From the NCBI GenBank assembly GCA_964528715.1, contig CAZGTR010000001.1, positions 1 through 40,674 of the forward strand: DNA of 40,674 nt, read 5' to 3'. Of the stretch, positions 36,691 through 40,674 are shown piece by piece (the stretch's first letter is position 1; every line of letters begins with the position of its first letter). The notes under the pieces are model-generated. The model was not told the DNA's origin. It worked only from the letters and a program-made list of their open reading frames with translations, and made no database searches. The DNA comes from an uncultured Oscillospiraceae bacterium. Lineage in GTDB: Bacteria > Bacillota > Clostridia > Oscillospirales > Oscillospiraceae. The translations under genes were made by a program, and so were the position numbers.

Positions 36691-36728
36691 AAAAGCGCAC
36701 CAAACGGTAATTCGTTTGGTGCGCTTTT
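36690..36728. terminator. Bidirectional intrinsic terminator
   Basis: AAAAGCGCACCAAACG-GTAATT-CGTTTGGTGCGCTTTT. Confidence 0.9.
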
Positions 36729-36734
36729 GCCTGC

Positions 36735-36842
36735 TTACTTGCAGCCCCGCTCTTGCTTGGTCTCGTTGGTCTTGCTCTGCTGGGTGTTCTGGGTGCGCTC
36801 GTTCTTGCTCTGATCATTCTGATTCTGATTTTTGTTATTCAT
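36735..36842 (-). CDS. Small N/Q-rich hydrophilic protein (35 aa), candidate small spore protein
   Basis: Manual translation MNNKNQNQNDQSKNERTQNTQQSKTNETKQERGCK; GGAGG 7 nt upstream; stop is followed closely by the terminator; below the ORF-track cutoff. Confidence 0.8.
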   Translation of the reverse strand: MNNKNQNQNDQSKNERTQNTQQSKTNETKQERGCK

Positions 36843-36885
36843 GATATTTCCTCCGATTTTTTCTCTTGCGGCCTTGCCGCAATGG

Positions 36886-36914
36886 TAGTGTGTCCAATTT
36901 TTCAAGATTTATCC
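36886..36914 (-). promoter_or_regulatory. Putative SigG/SigF promoter of the small N/Q-rich gene
   Basis: GGATA-17 bp-CACACTA; the extended -10 GGACACACTA fits the GGnnAnAnTA pattern. Confidence 0.55.
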
Positions 36915-37258
36915 TTTGCTTTGAAAAGAATACTGGCCAAAAGTCCCGCCACCACGGCGGTGGCGATGCCCCCGGCGCTGGCCTTCAGCCCGCCGGTGAG
37001 GATCCCCAGGAAGCCCTGGTCATCCACCGCCTCCTTGACCCCTTTGGCAAGGAGACTTCCAAATCCCGTCAGAGGTACAGAAGCCCCGGCACCTGCAAAG
37101 TCGATGAGCTTCTGATACACCCCGATGGCCCCTAAGAATACGCCCATCACTACATAGCTGACCAGAATCCGGGCGGGGGTCAATTTTGTCTTATCGATGA
37201 GGACCTGTCCGATCAGGCAAAAACAGCCGCCCACAAGAAATGCCTTCAAATACTCCAT
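36902..37258 (-). CDS. spoVAE: Stage V sporulation protein AE (SpoVAC/SpoVAEb family)
   Basis: MEYLKAFLVGG..IGQVLID..LTPARILV..FAGAGASVPLTGFG; directly downstream of spoVAD. Confidence 0.92.
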   Translation of the reverse strand: MEYLKAFLVGGCFCLIGQVLIDKTKLTPARILVSYVVMGVFLGAIGVYQKLIDFAGAGASVPLTGFGSLLAKGVKEAVDDQGFLGILTGGLKASAGGIATAVVAGLLASILFKAKDKS

Positions 37259-37259
37259 T

Positions 37260-38276
37260 TCATTCACCTCCCGTGATGGATACGGCGTGACACACGCCGG
37301 GAATGGGAAGCCCCTGCTGGGTGGAAGTGGGGGAGAGCAATGCCCCGGTGCCGCAAAAGAGAATGCGCTTGAGCTTGCCGGTTTTCAGTTTTCCCAGAAG
37401 ATAGCCACACAGAGTGATGGCGCTGCAACCGCAGCCGGAGCCTCCGGCGTGAACATCCTGCCGTGTGGGGTCAAAGACCAGCGTGCCGCAGTCGGTGATG
37501 CGACCGCCCAGATAGATGCCCTCTTTCCGGGCCAGCTCCATGAGCACTTCTTTCCCAAGCTGCCCCAGATCCCCGGTAACGATCAGATCAAAGTCCTCCA
37601 CTTTTCGGCCCATGTCTGTCAGGTGTGCTTTGATGGTAGCCAGAGCAGCAGGTGCCATGGCGCAGCCCATGTTATTGGCGTCCTTGATCCCCAGATCCGT
37701 CACGGTGCCGATGGTGCAGCTGTCAATTTTGGGACCCTTTCCATCCTTGCTTACCAGCGCCGCACCAGAACCGGTGACGGTCCATTGGGAGGTTGGGGTT
37801 CGCTGACCGCCATATCCCAGGGGAAAACGGTACTGCCGCTCGGAGGAGGCAAAGTGAGAGGAGGTCAGAGCGGTGACCTTATCCGCAAATCCGCCACCCA
37901 CTACCAGTGCCGACACCAAAAGGCTTTCCGCCATGGTGGAGCAGGCACCGTACAGCCCCAGATGGGGCATTCCGGTGTTTCGTAGCGTGAAGGAGGAGCC
38001 GATACATTGGTTCAACAGATCCCCGGAGCAGACCAGATCGATTTGCCCCCGGGTCAGCCCAGCTTTTTGGATGAGCTTGTCCATGGCCATTTTTTGCATT
38101 TGCTTTTCCGCTTGCTCCCATGTTTTTTGCCCAAAGTAGGTGTCCTGGGAAGTGATATCAAAGGTGTTTTTCAAAGGGCCTTCACTTTCTTTTTTACCTG
38201 CAACGCTGGCCCAGTTCACGATGACCGGCGGCTGCGGCAGCACGAAGCTCTGCTTTCCTCGTTTGTTTTGTGCCAT
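37260..38276 (-). CDS. spoVAD: Stage V sporulation protein AD
   Basis: GKKESEGPL, TWEQAE, GDLLNQ, GLYGACSTMAE, ERQYRFPLGYG, GGSGCGCSA, TGALLSPTS. Confidence 0.97.
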   Translation of the reverse strand: MAQNKRGKQSFVLPQPPVIVNWASVAGKKESEGPLKNTFDITSQDTYFGQKTWEQAEKQMQKMAMDKLIQKAGLTRGQIDLVCSGDLLNQCIGSSFTLRNTGMPHLGLYGACSTMAESLLVSALVVGGGFADKVTALTSSHFASSERQYRFPLGYGGQRTPTSQWTVTGSGAALVSKDGKGPKIDSCTIGTVTDLGIKDANNMGCAMAPAALATIKAHLTDMGRKVEDFDLIVTGDLGQLGKEVLMELARKEGIYLGGRITDCGTLVFDPTRQDVHAGGSGCGCSAITLCGYLLGKLKTGKLKRILFCGTGALLSPTSTQQGLPIPGVCHAVSITGGE

Positions 38277-38305
38277 GATCGATCCCTTTCTTTCCGTGTT
38301 TTCCT

Positions 38306-38334
38306 TAGTATGCGGACTCTACGCAAATCCATAC
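38306..38334 (-). promoter_or_regulatory. SigG-type promoter of spoVAD-spoVAE
   Basis: GTATG-17 bp-CATACTA, close to the SigG consensus GHATR-17/18-CATAhTA. Confidence 0.75.
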
Positions 38335-38362
38335 AAAAAAGTCGGCACCATTGGTGCCGACT
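38335..38362 (-). terminator. Terminator after the NlpC/P60 gene
   Basis: GTCGGCACCA-A-TGGTGCCGAC then T6 on the minus strand. Confidence 0.88.
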
Positions 38363-38366
38363 GAAT

Positions 38367-39317
38367 TTATAAGATGCGTCTTGCCCCCAGATAGCGGGCA
38401 GACCAATAAGAATTGGAAAGACTTGAGATGGTAACGCCTTTGCTTGTGGAGGCGTGGATGAAATCGCCGTTCCCCATGTAAATGCCAAGATGCGAGACAC
38501 CGCTGCCGCTGGTGTTAAAGAATACCAGATCCCCGGCCTGTAAATTGGCCTTAGAGACCCAGGTGCCCACGGTATATTGATCCTTGCTGACCCGGGGAAG
38601 TGCAATGCCGTGTTGCGCAAACACATACTGGACATACCCGCTGCAATCAAATCCGGAAGGGCTGGTGCCGCCCCAGAGATAGGGCGTGCCGATGTACTTT
38701 ACCGCCGTGGAGACAATGGCGGTGGGTGTTTTGTTCAGCGCCGCGGCGCTGGGGGCAACACCGGTGGATTTGCCACCCCGAAAAAATAGTGGCGTGTTAG
38801 GGGAGTCGTCATTTTCGTAGGGAATTTCGGTCAAGTCTACATAGTCGCTGCGGATGTATCCGATCTGCTCACCGTAGATGACCTTGAACCATTGATCGTT
38901 GATGCCGATGATGTACGCCGTTTCTCCTTGGGTAGTAGTGGCAAGGGCAGAATACCCAGTGCCGGGGCCGCTGCGCAAGCGAACACCGGAGCCGTTGATT
39001 TTGCCGTAGCCAAGCTCGACATTTTCACGTGCCGTGAAGCGCAGATAGCCTTTGTGCATATATCCGGTGCGCAGGTTGTAGTTTACCTTGTACCAGTCGC
39101 CGCTGGAACCCAGAACCACTACCACTTCGTTTTCAGAAGCGTAGTCCAGCGTGGCGCTGGTATTACTGGCTTCCCTGCGTAGCCGCAGGGAAGAAGCGAT
39201 GATAAAGGCAATGCCTGTCTTGATTTCCCGGCTGGCGGCCTGGGCCGCCGGGGTCGTTATGGAAAGAATAAGAAAAAACGCCAGCATAAGGCTGGCGATA
39301 CGTTGCGTGTGCTTCAT
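38367..39317 (-). CDS. Secreted NlpC/P60 peptidoglycan endopeptidase with two SH3b domains
   Basis: Signal peptide (AQA); two SH3b-like units (LRLR..WYKV..GYM; VRLRSGPG..WFKV..GYI); GTPYLWGG..GFDCSG..GDLVFF..HLGIY..FIHAS. Confidence 0.94.
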   Translation of the reverse strand: MKHTQRIASLMLAFFLILSITTPAAQAASREIKTGIAFIIASSLRLRREASNTSATLDYASENEVVVVLGSSGDWYKVNYNLRTGYMHKGYLRFTARENVELGYGKINGSGVRLRSGPGTGYSALATTTQGETAYIIGINDQWFKVIYGEQIGYIRSDYVDLTEIPYENDDSPNTPLFFRGGKSTGVAPSAAALNKTPTAIVSTAVKYIGTPYLWGGTSPSGFDCSGYVQYVFAQHGIALPRVSKDQYTVGTWVSKANLQAGDLVFFNTSGSGVSHLGIYMGNGDFIHASTSKGVTISSLSNSYWSARYLGARRIL

Positions 39318-39344
39318 ACGATGCCCTCCGTCTTACGAGAAATG

Positions 39345-39635
39345 TTATTTGCCTGCCAATGCACGCTCGAGCCATACACAGCCAAAATCCAAAGCGGTGT
39401 ACAGTCCGTCCTTTTCGCCCTTTTTCACAATGCGGTCACGACCCTTGGCGTTGGGGTCGGTCAGCTGCAACTGGATGGCGACCTTCGTTGCCACATCCAG
39501 ATCGCCCACCTTCTTGGTCTCCAGGATCTGGAGCATGATGATGTGGGAGTCGGCCATGGAGCCGTAGTAGATCAGGTTGTCCTTGCGCATCAGGGGATGT
39601 CCCTTGTAGGTCAGAACTTTGCTTTCTTCAGCCAT
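39345..39635 (-). CDS. Hypothetical protein (96 aa)
   Basis: Strong RBS AGGAGG, its own promoter, globular composition; probably co-transcribed with the NlpC/P60 gene. Confidence 0.85.
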   Translation of the reverse strand: MAEESKVLTYKGHPLMRKDNLIYYGSMADSHIIMLQILETKKVGDLDVATKVAIQLQLTDPNAKGRDRIVKKGEKDGLYTALDFGCVWLERALAGK

Positions 39636-39667
39636 ATCGGTTACCTCCTAATCAAGAATATGCAGAA

Positions 39668-39696
39668 ATTGTAACACTTTGTAACCGAAGTGTCAA
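39668..39696 (-). promoter_or_regulatory. SigA promoter overlapped by TGTAAC direct repeats
   Basis: TTGACA-17 bp-TACAAT with extended TG; plus-strand TGTAAC at 39670 and 39680, TGTCAA at 39691. Confidence 0.8.
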
Positions 39697-39780
39697 CGGA
39701 TAAAGGACAAATGCCAGAATTTGGCTGCCCTTCATGGAATGGATTTTGTAAGACGGAGGGAGTATGAAGTATTGATTTGT

Positions 39781-39817
39781 AAAAACAAGAGGCTTTTGCC
39801 GTGGCAAAAGCCTCTTG
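39781..39817 (-). terminator. Terminator after ireB
   Basis: CAAGAGGCTTTTGCC-AC-GGCAAAAGCCTCTTG then T5 on the minus strand. Confidence 0.88.
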
Positions 39818-39829
39818 GCGGGAGATGTG

Positions 39830-40075
39830 TTAAGCCAGGTACTGCCGCACCAGCTCCTGCAGCAGCTCGTCCCGATCCAATTTGCAGATCATGCTACGGG
39901 CGCTGTTGTAGTTGGTGATATAGGTAGGATCCTCAGTCAGCAGATAGCCGACGATCTGATTGACGGGGTTATAGCCCTTTTCCTGCAATGCGTCAAAAAC
40001 ACTGCGCAGGATCCGGCGCATATTCTCCTTGTCGTCACTTGGGACTGTGAATTTCACGGTGCTTTGGTCGGTCAT
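39830..40075 (-). CDS. ireB: IreB/ReoM family regulatory phosphoprotein (UPF0297)
   Basis: [50 protein letters not shown]. Confidence 0.92.
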   Translation of the reverse strand: MTDQSTVKFTVPSDDKENMRRILRSVFDALQEKGYNPVNQIVGYLLTEDPTYITNYNSARSMICKLDRDELLQELVRQYLA

Positions 40076-40106
40076 GTTAGTCGGCCTCCTTTTTTCTAAT
40101 ACTGGT

Positions 40107-40135
40107 ATTATATCCTAAAAAACGGCAGGTGTAAA
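40107..40135 (-). promoter_or_regulatory. SigA promoter of ireB
   Basis: TTTACA-17 bp-TATAAT. Confidence 0.75.
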
Positions 40136-40168
40136 GCCCTGAAAGAAAATTTTTTGTGAACAGATGTT

Positions 40169-40674
40169 TTAACGCTGTTGGGCATTGAGCTTTTCGGCCA
40201 GAGCGGCAAAGACTTTGCTCATGACACCTTCGGAGTCAGCGTCCGTCAATGTCCGGTCATCGGCCCGGAGAGACAGGGAGAAGGCCATGCTCTTTTTGCC
40301 CTCGGGAACACCGGTGCCCCGGTAGATGTCGAACAGCTTCACATCCCGCAGCAGCTTTCCGGCAGCGGCGGTGATCACATCTTCTGCTTCCGCAACGGTG
40401 ACCGCTTCGTCGCACAGCACCGACAGGTCACGGCTGACGCCGGGGTACTTGGGCAGGGCGGTGTAGGTGGCATCCGGCAGACGCAGGTCGAACAGAGCGG
40501 TGAAGTTCAGCTCGGCGCAGTACACTTCGCCGTCAATGCCATAGTTCTGAGCCACCAGGGGATGGATCTGACCCATGTAGCCGATGTCCACGCCGTCCAC
40601 ACTCACCTTGGCACAGCGACCGGGGTGGAAGGTGGGGTTGTGCTTTTCGGCGGTGTAGGTGGCCTTCTTGATCC
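40169..40674 (-). CDS. pheT: Phenylalanine-tRNA ligase beta subunit, 3' part (enters from the window end)
   Basis: FHPGRCA, GQIHP, PKYPGVSRDLS, LFDIYRG..GKKSMAF..DRTLTD (FDX-ACB domain). Confidence 0.96.
   Translation of the reverse strand, partial: IKKATYTAEKHNPTFHPGRCAKVSVDGVDIGYMGQIHPLVAQNYGIDGEVYCAELNFTALFDLRLPDATYTALPKYPGVSRDLSVLCDEAVTVAEAEDVITAAAGKLLRDVKLFDIYRGTGVPEGKKSMAFSLSLRADDRTLTDADSEGVMSKVFAALAEKLNAQQR

Noticed and set aside
36753-37115. Plus-strand ORF with a very hydrophobic N-terminus (toxin- or TM-peptide-like)
   Set aside because: The hydrophobic run is the reverse complement of the N/Q/K codons of the 35-aa minus-strand gene, which has the RBS, promoter and terminator; the plus ORF has a TTG start and no RBS.
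39721-39918. 65-aa plus-strand ORF and an internal GGAGG-ATG between the hypothetical gene and ireB
   Set aside because: Runs through the ireB terminator and overlaps ireB antisense; no coding support.

Overview
Core-chromosome segment of a GC-rich, spore-forming Clostridia genome; gene content and protein style suggest Oscillospiraceae (inference). No rRNA, tRNA, CRISPR array, prophage or transposase was seen. Contents in order: pyrC-carB' with a terminator-containing leader; trxB, nrdG, dut and a Na/Pi cotransporter; type III glutamine synthetase divergent from a PLP aminotransferase; D-lactate dehydrogenase; GtrA; a complete eight-gene shikimate/Phe/Tyr operon; a degenerate Ser/Thr kinase with extracellular FN3-like domains; two paralogous ECF sigma/anti-sigma-like pairs; a zinc-ribbon/Ig membrane protein; DUF378, ispE, spoIIR; addBA; spoVAD-spoVAE; an SH3/NlpC-P60 hydrolase; ireB; and the 3' end of pheT. 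The strongest signals are: (1) an ECF sigma factor whose coupled partner has an anti-sigma-type N-terminus and TM helix fused to a full serpin domain, a candidate protease-sensing sigma/anti-sigma system; (2) a Phe/Tyr-rich leader peptide (MMIPASVAFFFFNYYFFMLKK, missed by the ORF track) with a full protector/antiterminator/terminator set ahead of the aro operon, i.e. ribosome-coupled attenuation where Firmicutes usually use T-boxes; (3) a 35-aa N/Q-rich protein, also missed by the ORF track, behind a forespore-type promoter; (4) a compact pyr attenuator without an obvious PyrR site; (5) a REP/REPIN-like inverted repeat. All calls come from reading the sequence; no database searches were run.
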